Part shown: piece after piece, positions 1 to 12,463 of the stretch
Layout: every line of letters begins with the position of its first letter
How positions within the stretch are numbered: position 1 is the first letter of the stretch
DNA from: Mobula hypostoma
Taxonomy: Eukaryota
Direction of reading: 5' to 3'
DNA: 64,000 nt
Assembly (NCBI RefSeq): GCF_963921235.1
Contig: NC_086097.1
Location: 10,788,001-10,852,000 of the forward strand
The notes under the pieces: generated by a model
Databases searched by the model: none
What the model was told of the DNA's origin: nothing
The model's input: only the letters and a program-made list of their open reading frames with translations
Program-made: the position numbers and the translations under genes

Positions 1-290
1 TCACTTTACCGGCAGGATAGTGAAAGATTTAGTGCAGGCCATGGGGTTTCAATGGAAATTGCATATCCCCTACCAGTCTCAGTCCTCAGGTATGGTGGAA
101 AGGGGAAATAAAAGCAGCTTTGACAAAAGTTTGTCAGCAAAACAATCTCGGACGGCCAGAGGCAATGCCCTTAGTAATGTACACTCTCTGAGATCAGAAG
201 AATTGAAACACAGGATTTACCCCTCATGAAATTTTGATAGGGTGGCCGATGACAACAGGAACTAAGCCTCCATGACTCCAGAAAAGCAAC
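1..290 (+). pseudogene. pol: Endogenous retrovirus pol, integrase core fragment (frameshifted)
   Basis: ORF 20-229 contains WKLHIPYQSQSSGMVERGN, matching the retroviral integrase H-P-Y-x-PQSSG-x-VER-x-N motif. Stops and frameshifts follow. Confidence 0.85.
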
Positions 291-727
291 ACCTCATATA
301 CCGTCTAGGTAGTCTCCAGCCCCTTGGTATGAACATAGAATTCTCCAACTTCCGATAATTCCCTCCCCCTCCCTTCCTCTATCCCTATGTCACTCTGCCC
401 CCTCCCCCAGCCGCCTACCACCTCCCTCTTGGTTCCACCTCCTTCTACTACCCATTGTATTCCTGCCTATCACCACCCTGCTTCCCCTCCCCCACCCCTT
501 TGTCTTTCAAATTACTGGTTTTTCAACTGGACCTACCAGCCTTCTCCTTCCCACCCTCCCCCACCTTCCTTATAGGGCCTCTGCCCCTTCCCTCTTCAGT
601 CCTGACGAAGGGTTCCGGCCCGAAATGTCGACTCATCGTTTCAACGGATGCTGCCCGACCTGCTGAGTTCCTCCAGCGTGTTGTGAGTGTTACTTCGATC
701 CCAGCATCTGCAGATTATTTTGTGTTC
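286..727 (+). mobile_element. Penelope-like element 3' fragment (GIY-YIG C-terminus plus pseudo-LTR) inserted in the ERV integrase
   Basis: Encodes QHLIYRLGSLQPLGMNIEFSNFR*, then a C/T-rich tract, a hammerhead motif and the gatgctgcc-gacctgctgagttcctccagc tail repeated throughout the window. Confidence 0.75.
597..634 (+). ncRNA. Minimal type I hammerhead ribozyme motif in a Penelope pseudo-LTR
   Basis: AGTC(598-601)-CTGACGA(602-608)-A-GGGT-tccg-GCCC-GAAA(622-625)-TGTC^GACT(630-633): stem I, conserved core, stem II and a GUC cleavage triplet are all present. Confidence 0.7.
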
Positions 728-990
728 CCAGTAAAGGTAGTGCTAATATAGAATGATGAGAAGAGACGCACAAGCATTGTGTCAGGAGGCAGGGAAATTG
801 TATGAGAGGGTCCAGCAAGCCCAGGCACCTTTAACTGAAGGTAACATGCATCCGTTAAGCTGGCAGATAGAATAAATGTGAGATCAACGAATAAAGATTC
901 TTTCTCTCCCAGGCCGTTAAGGTGAACAAGAAACCTGATTGAATACATGCCAGCAGGCGCAAGTTGCACCACCACGAGGACGAAATAAAA
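728..990 (+). pseudogene. pol: ERV integrase C-terminal remnant
   Basis: Reads ...AVKVNKKPD*IHASRRK..., resembling the TAVKV-x(4,5)-WIHASH-x-K end of gamma/epsilon-like integrases. Confidence 0.6.
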
Positions 991-1186
991 CACTGAACAA
1001 GTGACATCTTCCCCGAGAGAGAGAGGAATGGCACTGAGAACCAAGAACGAAGTGTTACGGAGAGACAGGAGCATAAATCTATTTTAACCTGCGCCTCATG
1101 TTATATACATAGTGACTGATTATTAACAAAGTATATACTCAATAGAGGACAGACATGAAGGAAGTAGTGGTAATAATCATATTGGG

Positions 1187-1560
1187 GTGGGATTGATTGA
1201 TTACCTAACAGCGTCAGAGGAAAGTGGAGAAGAAGTATTAGCCTCAGAAGGAAGGGTCTGTGCGTTATTAGGGAGAGAATGTGGCACCTACATATCCGAT
1301 GCTTCAGAAAATATGACCCATGTGTTAGAACATGTGACCCAGATGCAAGATGAAATACACAGACTGAACTCTCAAGTCCCTCCAGAAGGCTGGGATTTCT
1401 TTAAGTGGGTTAAATCAGTGTTAGAAGGAGTATTTTCCTGGCTACAGCCCCTCTTTTACAGCCTCATTGCCCTGGTCTGATTAGCGGTGGTAGTTCATTG
1501 TGTCACACAACTATGCATTTGCTGGGCCTGCGCCCGTACAAAGTCAAAGTCAGGGGAGAC
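1187..1560 (+). pseudogene. env: ERV env transmembrane subunit remnant (SU deleted)
   Basis: VLASEGRVCALLGRECGTYISD is a degenerate immunosuppressive domain plus CX6CC motif (here CX6CG). A heptad, a Trp-rich MPER and a hydrophobic anchor broken by TGA at 1478-1480 follow. Confidence 0.8.
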
Positions 1561-1574
1561 GGTAGCATTACTCT

Positions 1575-1963
1575 ATGCGCAATCTCACAATCACGGGAGG
1601 GAAAAGATTGAGGAAGATAGGGAAACAGTTTAAGAATTTTGATTCAGGAACAGAATGGTGGGAAATAATAGAGGGATGGTTTTCCAGCTCGGGAAGCTGG
1701 ATCACGCATGGGATTATAATAGTGGCCATGATATGTGTTCTGGGGTGTTATGTATGTGGATCATTGTGGTTGTGCTGTTATCAATTACAGAAACGAGACT
1801 TGTCTGGCCCTGAAGGTATCCCTAATCTATGATACCCCAAATGATGAAAGATAAACCTGGCAAGGAACACTGGTGGGGCGAAGAGGTGTACCCAAAGAAA
1901 GAAAGACCCTTCCCCTATGGCTATGTACCCTGTTATGAGGAGGTAGAAGAAATACCCCAGTGA
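1575..1963 (+). pseudogene. Putative ERV accessory membrane-protein ORF between env and the 3' LTR
   Basis: ORF 1575-1832 has a Trp-rich segment, a TM helix (GIIIVAMICVLGCYVCGSLWLCC) and a Cys cluster. ORF 1829-1963, in another frame, is Tyr/Pro-rich and ends just before the PPT. Confidence 0.45.
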
Positions 1964-1998
1964 AAAATGTTAATCTAGAAGATTAACAAGGAGGGAAC

Positions 1999-2496
1999 TG
2001 TGGAAGAAAAATACTAAGACCTTCTGACAGATGTTAAGAGGTTAATGATTTTTAAGAGTGTGAATTCAAAAGCTATAATCATTTATCTGACTAATGTACA
2101 CTGCGTGACTAAAATGTGCTCTGTAGACGGGATGTAGAAATAACTATATCTGTGCTTTTTTATTCTAAGAATTATCACATGTCTGTGGTTGAACAAGCCT
2201 GATATACTTTCCTGGGAACCAACACTCAGGTAAATGTATAACCTCTCAAGGACACATTGTGCAACTTCGCTATTCTGTAGAATTGTAGTTTAGGTTCCTC
2301 CTTATAGCTTTGAGTGCTTCTTGTCAAGTACATTCGGGGTATAAATAAGAGTGTACTCTATTGTTAAGCAGAGTTCCAAGACCCTGCTTTTAGGAGCTTG
2401 GACTCTCTATGATATCATGTGACAAATAAAGGTTTTTCTACCACACTCTCCCTCCGGATCCGAGCACTCTTTTCCGCCTCGGAAGCATAAGTCACA
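1999..2496 (+). mobile_element. ERV 3' LTR (about 498 bp)
   Basis: Polypurine tract AAGGAGGGAA at about 1988-1997, TG start at 1999, TATAAATA at about 2340, AATAAA at about 2425, CA end at 2496, then CR1 sequence. Confidence 0.75.
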
Positions 2497-4536
2497 TGTA
2501 TCAGTATTGCAATGGAATAAAGAGAATTACAGAGGCATGAGAGAGGAGCTTGCCCAGGTAGACTGGAAGAGGATACCGGCGGGGATGAAGGCAGAGCAGA
2601 GATTGCTGAAGTTTCTGGGAATAGTTCACAGGGAGCAGGATAGTTATGTCCCCCAAAAGACGAAGTTCTGAAAGGCCAGGGTCGGCAACTGTGGTTGACA
2701 AGGACTGCATAAAACCCAAGGAAAAGGCACATAAGGTAGCAAAAGTGAGTGGGAAGTTGGATGATTGGGAAGCTTTTAAAATCCAACAAAAGGCAAATGA
2801 AAAAGCTATAAGAAAGGAATAGATGAAATATGAGGAAAAACTAGCCACTAATATAAAGCAGGATACCTAAAGACTTTTCAGTTATATAAAGAATAAAAAG
2901 GAGGTGAGTGTTGATATTGTACCACTGGAAAATGATGCTGGTGAGGTAGTAAAGGGGGACAAAGAAATGGCAGATGAACTTAATGGGCACTTTGTATCTG
3001 TCTTCACTGTGGAAGACTCTAGCAGTATGCCAGATGTCCATGAGTGCCAGGGAGCAGGAGTGAGTGCCATTGCAATTACAAATGTTTGTACAAAGGAAAA
3101 AATGCTGGGCAAACTGAAAGGTCTTAAGGTAGATAAGTCACCTGGGCCAGATGGATGACATCCAGAGTCCTGAGAGGTTGCTGAAGAGAGAACAGATGCA
3201 TAGGTCATGATCTTTGAAGAATCACGTGATGCTGGAATGGTCCCAGAGGACTGGAAGATTGAACATGTCACTCCACTCTTTAAGAAGGGAGGAAGGAAAA
3301 AGATAAGAAATTGTAGGCCAGTTAGCCTAACCTCAGTGGTTGGGAAGATGTTGGAGTCAATTGTAATAGATGAAGTTATGGAGTACTTGGAGCCTAATGA
3401 TAAAATAAGTCAAAGTCTGCATGGTTTCTGCAAAGGGAAATCTTGTCTGAAAAATCTGTTAGAGTTGTTTGAGGAAGTAACAAGCAGAGTGGGACAAGGA
3501 GAGGCAGTGGATGTCATTTACTTGGATCTTCAGAAGGCATTTGAAAAGGTTGGCTACCTGTGACTAGTGGTGTTCCTCAGGGGTCAGTATTAGGACCACT
3601 AATTTTCGTATTGTTTGTCAGTGATTTGGATAGTGGAATTGAATGCTTTGTGGCAAAGTTTGCAGATGATATGAAGATAGGTGGAGGGGTTGGTAGTGCC
3701 AAGGAAGAATTGCAATTGCAGCAGGACTTAGACAAATTGGAAGAATGAGCAAAAACAGTGGCAGTTGGAATACAGTGTTGGGAAATGTATGATATTGTAT
3801 TTTGGTAAAGGGAACAATAGTGCGGACTATTATCTAAACAGGGAGAAGGTTCAAATATCAAAGGTGCAGAGGGACTTGGGAGTCCTCGTGCAAGAGTCCC
3901 AGGAGGTCAATTTACAGACTGAGTCTGAGATAAAGAAGGCAAATGCAACGTTAGCATTTATTTCAAGGGGAATAGAATAGAAAAGCAAGGAGATAATGCT
4001 GAGGCTACATAAGACACTGGTCAGGTAGCACTTGGAGTACTCTGAGCCCCATATCTCAGAAAGGATGTGTTGTCATTGGAGAGAGTCCAGAGGAGGTTCA
4101 CAAGGATGATCCCATGAGTGAGGAGCATTTGGCAGCTTTGGGCCTGTACTCACTGGAATTTAGAATGTGGGGAATCTCATTGAATCCTACCAAATGTTGA
4201 AAGGGGTAGGGTGGATGTGGAGAGGATGTTTCCTATGGTGGGGGTATTTAGAACTAGAAGGCACAGCCTCAAAATTTTCGGGTGACCTTTTAGAACAGAG
4301 GTGTGGAGGAATTTTTTTAGCCAGAGTAGTGAATCTGTGAAGTGAATTGCCACAGGCTACGGTGGAAGCCAAGTCTGTGTGTATATTTAAGACGGAAGTT
4401 GATAATTTCCTGATCAGTCAGGGCATCAAATGAGGAGGCAGGTGTGTGGGGTTGAGAGGGATCTGGAATCAGCTGTGATAGAGTAGCAGAGAATGCTGAA
4501 TAGCTGAATTCTGCTCCTATGTCTTACGGTCTTATG
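2497..4536 (+). mobile_element. Degraded CR1 LINE (RT region to 3' tail)
   Basis: KSPGPDG, VPEDWK, SGVPQGSVLGP and KFADD motifs across broken ORFs; internal deletion near 3555; tcttatgg-type tail. Confidence 0.9.
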
Positions 4537-5680
4537 CCCTAACCAATCAACCTCTGTCTTAAATATACATAATGACTTGGCCTCCACAGATGTCTGTGGC
4601 AGCAAATTCTGCAGATTCATCACTCGCTGGCTAAAGAGATTCCTCCTCATCTCCATTCTAAAATGACACCCCTCTCTTCTGAGGCTGTGTCCTCTTGCCT
4701 TAGACTTTCCAAGATAGGAAACTTTCTCTCCACATCCACTCTAACAAGGTCATTAGCCATTTGATAGGTTTTAATGAGGTCATCCCTCATTCTTCTGAAT
4801 TCCAGTGACTATATGCCTGGAGCCATCAAACACTCTTCATGTGACAAATTGTTTATTCTGGAATAACTTTTATGAACCTCCTTCGAACTCTTTCCAGTTT
4901 AACCACATCCTTTCGAAGATAAAGGGCCCAAAAATTCTCATAATACTCCAGGTGAGGCCTCACCAGTGCTTTATAAAGTCTCAACATTACATCCTTGCTT
5001 TTATATTCTATTCCTCATGAAATGAATCAATAGACAATAGACAATAGGTGTAGGAGTAGGCCATTCGGCCCTTTGAGCCAGCACCACCATTCACTGTGAT
5101 CATGTCTGATCATCCACAATCATACCCCTTTCCTGCTTTCTTCCCATATCCCTTCACTCTGCTATCTTTAAGAGCTCTATCTAACTCTATTTGAAAGAAT
5201 CCAGAGCATTGGCCTCCACTGCCTTCTGAGGCAGAGCATTCCACAGAACCACAACTCTCTGTGTGAAAAAGGTTTTCCTCAACTCCGTTGTAAAATGGTC
5301 TACCCCTTATTCTTAAACTGTGGCCTCTGGTTCTGAATGAATCCTAACATTGCATTTGCCTTCCTCACCACAGAATCAACCTGAAAATTTACCCTTAAGG
5401 AAACCTGCACAAGGAATCCGAAATCCCTTTGCACCTCAGATTTTAGTTATTTCTTCTCCCTTTAGAAAACAGTCAATCCTTTCATTTCTTCCATACACTT
5501 CCCGACATGATATTCCACCCTCCGTTTCTTTGTCCATTCTCCTAACTTGCCTGAGTCCTTCTGTAGACTCCTGTTTCCTCAAAACTACCTGACCCCCACC
5601 TATCTTCATATTATCTGCAAACTTTGCAACAAAATCATCAATTTCCATTATCCAAATCAATGATATATAACATAAAAAGC
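4537..5680 (-). mobile_element. Degraded CR1 LINE with a nested CR1 3' fragment (about 5029-5336, CTATTGT tail)
   Basis: Minus-strand RRNLFSQRV and FVAKFADNMKIGG. The nested piece is flanked by atgaat repeats. Confidence 0.8.
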
Positions 5681-5683
5681 CCT

Positions 5684-7353
5684 CTATGCCTGCTTTGAAG
5701 GGGAGAACACAACTACAGCTGTAAAGATCCCTGCTGCACCTGATAACCCTGTGATCTCCATCTCAGAGGCCGATGTTAGGCTGTCTCTAAAGAGAGTGAA
5801 CCCTTGCAAGGCAGAAGGTCCCCATCGAGTACTTTCTAAGTCTCTGAAAACCTGTGCCAACCAACTAGCAGAAATACTCAAGGACATTTTTAACCTCTCA
5901 CTGCTACAGGTGGAAGTTCCCACTCGCTTCAAAAAAGCAACAATTATACTAGTGCCTAGGAAGAATAATGTGGACTGCCTTAATGACTATCACCTGATAG
6001 CTCTCACATCGACAGTGATGAAATGCTTTGAGAGGTTGGTCATGACTAGAATGAACTCCTGCCTCAGCAAGGTCCTGGACCCATTGCAATTTGACTATCG
6101 CCACAATAGGGCAATGACAGATGCAATTTCAGTGGCACTCCACAAAGTTTTAGACCACCTGGACAACACAAACACCTATGTCAGGATGCTGTTCATCGAC
6201 TATAGCTCAGCATTTAATACCATTATTCCCACAATCCTGATTGAGAAGTTGCAGAACCTGGGCCTCTGTACCTCCCTCTGCAATTGGATCCTCGACTTCC
6301 TAACTGGAAGATCACAATCTGTGCGGATTGGTGATAACATATCCTCCTCGCTGACAATCAACACTGGCGCACCTCAGGGGTGTGTGCTTAGCCCACTGCT
6401 CTACTCTCTATATACATATGACTGTGTGGCTAGGCATAGCTTAAATACTATCTCTAAATTTGCTGACGATACAACCATTGTTAGTAGAATCTCAGGTGGT
6501 GACGAGAGGGCATACAGGAGTGAGATATGCCAACCAGTGGAGTGGTGTCGCAGCAACAACCTGGCACTCAATGTCAGTAAGATGAAAGAGCTGATTGTGG
6601 ACTTCAGGAAGGGTAAGACAAAGGAACACATACCAATCATCATAAAGGGATCAGAAGTGGAGAGAGTGAGCAGTTTCAAGTTCCTGGATGTCAAGATCTC
6701 TGAGGATCTAATTTGGTCCCAACAGATCGATGTAGTTATAAAGAAGGCAAGACAGCGGCTGTACTTCATTAGGAGTTTGAAGAGATTTGGCATGTCAACA
6801 AATACACTCAAAAACTTCTATAGTTGTACCGTGGAGAGCATTCTGACAGGCTGCATCACTGTCTGGTATGGAGAGGCTACTGCACAGGACCGAAAAAAAC
6901 TGCAGGGGGTTGTAAATCTAGTCAGCTCCATCTTGGGTACAAGCCTACAAAGTACCCAGGACATCTTCAGGGAGCAGTGTCTCTCTGAAAGGCAGCGTCC
7001 ATTATATAGGACCTCCAGCACCCAGGGCATGACTTTTTCTCATTGTTACTATCAGGTAGGAGATACAGAAGCCTGAAGGCACACACTCAGCGATTCAGGA
7101 ACAGCTTCTTCCCCTCTGCCATCTGATTCCTAAATAAACATTGAACCCTCGGACACTACCTCACTTTCTTTAACATACACTATTTGTGTTTTTTTTTGCA
7201 CGTTTGTTTAATCTATTCAATATACATATACTGTAATTGATTTACTTGTTTATTTTTTTTTAATCTTCTATATTATGTATTGCATTGAACTGCTGCTGCT
7301 AAGTTAACAAATTTCACGTCACATGCCGGTGATAATAAACCTGATTCTGATTC
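5684..7353 (+). mobile_element. Rex1/Babar non-LTR retrotransposon, 5'-truncated, with a long RT ORF (5751-7076)
   Basis: 441-aa ORF with LDPLQF, LFIDYSSAFNTI, GAPQGCVLSPLLY, KFADDT and KTKE/LIVDFRK motifs; (ATTCTG)n tail at about 7340-7354. Confidence 0.92.
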
Positions 7354-7994
7354 TGAAAAAGAATCGGTCCCAACACAGACCCATGTGGAACAGAAGTGAG
7401 TGCCGTTACCAATACAAGGGAGAAGATACTCAAAATTTGAAAGAGCTAAGGGCACATAAGTTACCTGAACCAGAGGAACTGCACCCTCAGGTTCTGAAAG
7501 AGGTAGCAGACGAGATTGGGAAGGTATTAGTAATGTTCTTTCAAGAATCCTTGGATTCTGGACTGGTGCCAGAGGACTGGAAAATTGCAAATGTCACTCC
7601 ACTCTTTCAAAAAGGAGGAAGGCAGCAGAAAGGCAATTATAGACCTGTTAGCCTGACCTCAGTGGCTGCCCCTCAGCTGTCAGGCTTTTAAACAAAAGAG
7701 GACAACTACACTCATTCTATTTCTGGTGTTCCCACAACCGAAGGCCTCACTTAAATGGAGTCTTTATCTTGAAATCTTGTGCTCTCATTATTTATTGCTA
7801 TTTATTGATATTTGCATTTGCAGAGTTTGTTGTTCATCAATCCTGTTTACAGTTACTGTTCTACATATTTACTAAGTATGCCCCCAGGAAAAGAATCTCA
7901 GGGTCATATATGGTACAAAGATAATAAATTTTACTTTCAACTTTTGAACTTTGAACTTTGATATTGAAAAACGGCTGGTTGGTGAACCCCAGAA

Positions 7995-9029
7995 TGGTGA
8001 CTAGTGGGGTACCGCAAGGCTCAGTGCTGGGACCCCAGTTGTTTACAATATATATTAATGACTTGGATGAGGGAATTAAATGCAGCATCTCCAAGTTTGC
8101 GGATGACACGAAGCTGGGTGGCAGTGTTAGCAGTGAGGAGGATGCAAAGAGGATGCAGGGTGACTTGGATAGGTTGGGTGAGTGGGCAAACTCATGGCAG
8201 ATGCAATTTAATGTGGATAAATGTGAAGTTATCCACTTTGGTGGCAAAAATAGGAAAACAGATTATTATCTGAATGGTGGCCGATTAGGAAAAGGGGAGG
8301 TGCAACGAGACCTGGGTGTCATTATACACCAGTCATTGAAAGTGGGCATGCAGGTACAGCAGGCGGTGAAAAAGGCGAACGGTATGCTGGCATTTATAGC
8401 GAGAGGATTCGAGTACAGGAGCAGGGAGGTACTACTGCAGTTGTACAAGGCCTTGGTGAGACCACACCTGGAGTATTGTGTGCAGTTTTGGTCCCCTAAT
8501 CTGAGGAAAGACATCTTTGCCATAGAGGGAGTACAAAGAAGGTTCACCAGATTGTTTCCTGGGATGGCAGGTCTTTCATATGAAGAAAGACTGGATGAAC
8601 TGGGCTTGTACTCGTTGGAATTTAGAAGATTGAGGGGGGATCTGATTGAAACGTATAAGATCCTAAAGGGATTGGACAGGCTAGATGCGGGAAGATTGTT
8701 CCCGATGTTGGGGAGGTCCAGAACGAGGGGTCACAGTTTGAGGATAGAGGGGAAGCCTTTTAGGACCGAGATTAGGAAAAACTTCTTCACACAGAGAGTG
8801 GTGAATCTGTGGAATTCTCTGCCACAGCAAACTGTTGAGGCCAGTTCATTAGCTATGTTTAAAAGGAAGTTAGATATGGCCCTTGTGGCTACAGGGGTCA
8901 GGGGGTATGGAGGGAATGCTGGGTTCTGTGTTGGATGATCAGCCATGATCATAATAAATGGCGGTGCAGGCTCGAAGGGCCGAATGGCCTACTCCTGCAC
9001 CTATTTTCTATGTTTCTATGTTTCTATGT
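7995..9029 (+). mobile_element. Young 5'-truncated CR1 LINE, (TTTCTATG)n tail family
   Basis: Uninterrupted RT C-terminal ORF (VTSGVPQGSVLGP, KFADDTK, LVRPHLEYCVQFW), 3' stem-loop and octamer tail. Confidence 0.93.
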
Positions 9030-9179
9030 AAGGAACTGCAGTTTGAGTGCAGCTGTAGATCATGGACTCCAACAGATCCCCATCCACCTTGAAAAGGTGA
9101 AAAAGAGATAGTAAAGGGAATAAATTAAGCTGTTTTCATAGATGAGCTCAAAGAATCCACCCTCTGGTGTCATTTTATT

Positions 9180-9405
9180 TATTTATTTAGAGATACAGCA
9201 TGGCAACAGGCCCTTTTGGCCCATTAGGTCTGTGTCCCCACATGTGACCAATTAACCTACCAATCCATGGGAGGAAACCAGAGCATCCAGATAAAACCAT
9301 GCCGTCGCAAAGAGAACGCACGAAGTCCATATCGGCAGCAGTGGGAACTGAACCTGTGTCTCTAACGCTGTAAATCGTTACGCTAACAGCTATGCTACCG
9401 TTCTG
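9180..9405 (-). mobile_element. HE1/V-SINE-like tRNA-derived SINE
   Basis: Minus strand has tRNA box-like ggtagcatagctgttagcg and ggttcagttccc, the gggtgctctggtttcctccc core and a (taaa)n tail. Related copies at about 40606-41260, 43535-43832, 45700-45935, 56110-56275 and 61360-61560. Confidence 0.6.
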
Positions 9406-10884
9406 GGCAAACTTCAAAACATTGCCTCTGCAGCAAGGGTTTCTAATAAGTGCAACAGTCTGAAAGTTTAATATTATACAGTATTCATTTATTTTCAGAA
9501 GAATTATTTAAGTATAGTTTATGCAAAAACATTACCTTTAAACACTGCCAACAATTAATATATATAATTCAAAAATCACATGTTCCCAAGGAATTTTGGC
9601 TGGGTGATATCTACTGCAGTGACATTCCACTGGATTTTTATTTAATTAGCTGAGCTTAAGTAGCTCACTTGCTTGTGCTGGATTTGAACCCTTTTTTTCT
9701 GAATCTTTCAGCACGGGAACACTGCTAATCCAGTAAATTAACAATGTTGCCATTGTAACCGTGGTCACTGATATCTTGGAAAATTCTACCCAGTTTCTGT
9801 GATATTTGGTGCATAATACTGCAGGTAAAATCTTGTACTTTTAAAAATAATACCCTCACTGTTTCAGGAGCGATCTCTTTCTCCCTTGCTGGTGAGAGAG
9901 AGTCTGTTTGACATACCAGAGAGCTGGGTTATGGACTATGATTTTTGATCGACTCCAGATCGAAGTCTCTTTGGGGGGCATTTGCTATTGTTTGCATGGT
10001 GAGGGGTAGGGGAGTGTCCGTGCTTCGGCTAGCACAAGTGGGGGGGGGGAGGGTGATGCTTTTGCTGTTGCTTGTGCGTGGGAGGGGGAGGGAAGGTTTT
10101 GAGGTTCCGATGTAACCATCATTCATTCCATGGGGTTTCATGTTTCGTGGATGTCAGTGAAGAGTAAGAATTCCAGGTTGTATACTGTATATATTTTCTG
10201 ATATTAAATTGAACCATTTGAATTTGTTCCAGTTGTTGTAGGTGTTATATTAACTCTGAGAGAAATGCAGCAAGGAGCACCAAACAATATACTGTAGGTA
10301 CTCGGTCTTTTTCAACACTGCCAAAACTTTTCATTCAGTCAGCTGGATAGAACTGGAGAGCGCTCTGCTCATATTCAACCTCCCACAGCAATCCATCACC
10401 ATCGTATATTTGTTTGTTGATGACATGTAAGCCTTGTTGCTAATGATTGGGTCTAAAATAGAGCCAATCTCACTGAAGACAAGTGTCAAGCCTGTTACTG
10501 TCTGATGTTTTATACAATCTTTCTCACAGCATACTTACCTTCCCTCACCAACAACCTACAGTACAGTGACTATATATCAGAAACAAGGTTACCATAAGAC
10601 CACAAGACATAGGGGCAGAATTAGGCCATTCAGCCCATTGAGTCTGCTACACCATTCCATCAGGCTGATTTATTTTCACCCTCAACTTCATTCTCCTGCC
10701 TTCTCCCCGTAACCTGTGCTGTCCTAACTAATCAAAAAACCTATCAACCTCTGTCTTAAATATACCCAGTGACTTGGCCTTTGCAGCCATCTGTGACAAC
10801 AAATTCCTCAGATTCACCACCCTTGTATTTGCACAGCTTTTTGTCTTTTGCACACTGGTTGAAAGCCCAGGTTAGTGCAGTCTT

Positions 10885-11470
10885 AGTGATATCATTTCTG
10901 TTAAATAGGGGCCGTGGACAATTCTGATTTGATGGAGACAGACGTGAAAGCACAGAGGAACATCTGGAGAAATTTCTGAAACGCCGGTTCGCTGCCGCTG
11001 TTACTGGGCGATCAGGAATCTTCTGGAGGGAAGGCCCCAAAATCCCCGGCTTTGCCTGCTGCTGGCGACCAAGGCTGAGGTCGAATCATTCAGATAGAGA
11101 TGGTGCTCAGTACTCGGTGTCAGAGGGCTGATCGGAGGCTCGAAGTTTTCGGATGACTCAGGGTCGGACTGTGGTCGGGCATGGCAGGGAGAGTTTTTCT
11201 TCCTCCTCCCGTCTGTGTGAGATGTGGGACATAAGCGAGACTATGAAATTTTTTACTGTGCCATGGCCTGTTCTTCATCAAGTTATGGTATTGTTGCACT
11301 GTTGTAACTATATGTTATAATTATGTGGTTTTTGTTAGTTTTTCAGTCTTTGTCTGTCCTGTGTTTTGTGATATCACACCGGAGGAAATATTCTATCATT
11401 TCTTAATGCGTGAATTACTAAATGACAATAAAAGAGGACTGCGTGTTTTCATAATCTAACCTAATCTAAC
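10885..11470 (+). repeat. Unclassified non-autonomous retroposon with (AATCT)-like tail
   Basis: GC-richer body, AATAAA at about 11427 and an aatctaacctaatctaac tail. It interrupts a copy of the common Rex1-tail repeat. Confidence 0.45.
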
Positions 11471-12157
11471 CTTTCATCGATTCTATTTCAGCTATTATCC
11501 GATTAGGGACTTACTGAGTATGCCCGCAAGAAAATGAATCTCAGAGTTGTATTAGGTGTACTTGCTATGTATTTTGATAAGAAATTTACTTTGAACATTG
11601 AACTCTGGCTAAAGAAATTCCTCCTTGTCTCTGTTCTAAATGGATGTCGCTCTATTCTGAGCCTGTACCCTCTGATCCTAGACTCCCGGACAATAGGAAA
11701 CATCCTCTCCACACCCACTCTATCTAGGCCTTTCAATATTCAACAGTTTTCAAGGAAATCCCCCCTCCTTCTTCTAAACTCCAGTGAGTGCAGACCTAGA
11801 GCCTTCAAACATTCAAAGAAATCAAAGTGAGACCTCAGAAAACATGAATGACTTTCCACCTCTTTGAAATCGACTTCAGCGATGGCAGGAGCCAGCGATG
11901 AAATTTAACATCACTTACAATGTCCAGCATTGGAGGAAAATGTGTGGGAAGATCAAGGCCTGAGACCTGCCATGAAAGTCACTATCTATTGGGCAGCAGG
12001 GAGCAGTGATCTTCAGGACTCACACTGCCAGTTTGAGTAACAGTCATTACCCCTCAACTGTCAGGCTCTTCAACCAAAGGGGATAACTTCACTCAACTTC
12101 ACTCACCCCACCACTGAAATGTTCCCACAACCTATGGACACACTTTCAATGACTTCT

Positions 12158-12463
12158 AAAGGCATCCGTTAGTCTTGCAAGGCCATAGATCTGCACCTGG
12201 AAGGTCTTCACTCTTCAGGGTGCAGGCCTGGGAAGGTTGTATGGAAGACCAGCAGTTGTCCATGCTGCAAGTCTCCCCTCTCCATGACACCAGTGTTGTC
12301 CAAGGGAAGGGCATTAGGACCCATACAGCTTGGCACCAGTGTCGTTGCAGAGCAATGTGTGGTTAAGTGTCTTGCTCAAGGACGCAACACGTTCCCTCGG
12401 CTGGGGCTCAAACTCACGACCTTCAGGTAGCTAGTCCAATGCCTTAACCACTTAGCCACGTGC
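12158..12463 (-). mobile_element. tRNA-derived SINE
   Basis: Minus strand: gtggctaagtggttaaggc (box A), gagtttgagccc (box B) and the tccttgagcaagacacttaacc core. Confidence 0.65.

Noticed and set aside
5751..7076. 441-aa ORF as a host gene or domesticated RT
   Set aside because: It is an ordinary 5'-truncated Rex1/Babar RT with a frameshifted C-terminus and an intact retroposon tail.
7958..8938. 326-aa ORF and overlapping antisense ORFs as genes
   Set aside because: This is CR1 ORF2. The antisense ORFs recur in every copy as shadows of the same sequence.
10535..10562. 17-nt minus-strand micro-exon (ag/GTTGTTGGTGAGGGAAG/gtaagt) resembling a kinase glycine loop VVGEG
   Set aside because: Too short to distinguish from chance, and no other kinase exons were found.
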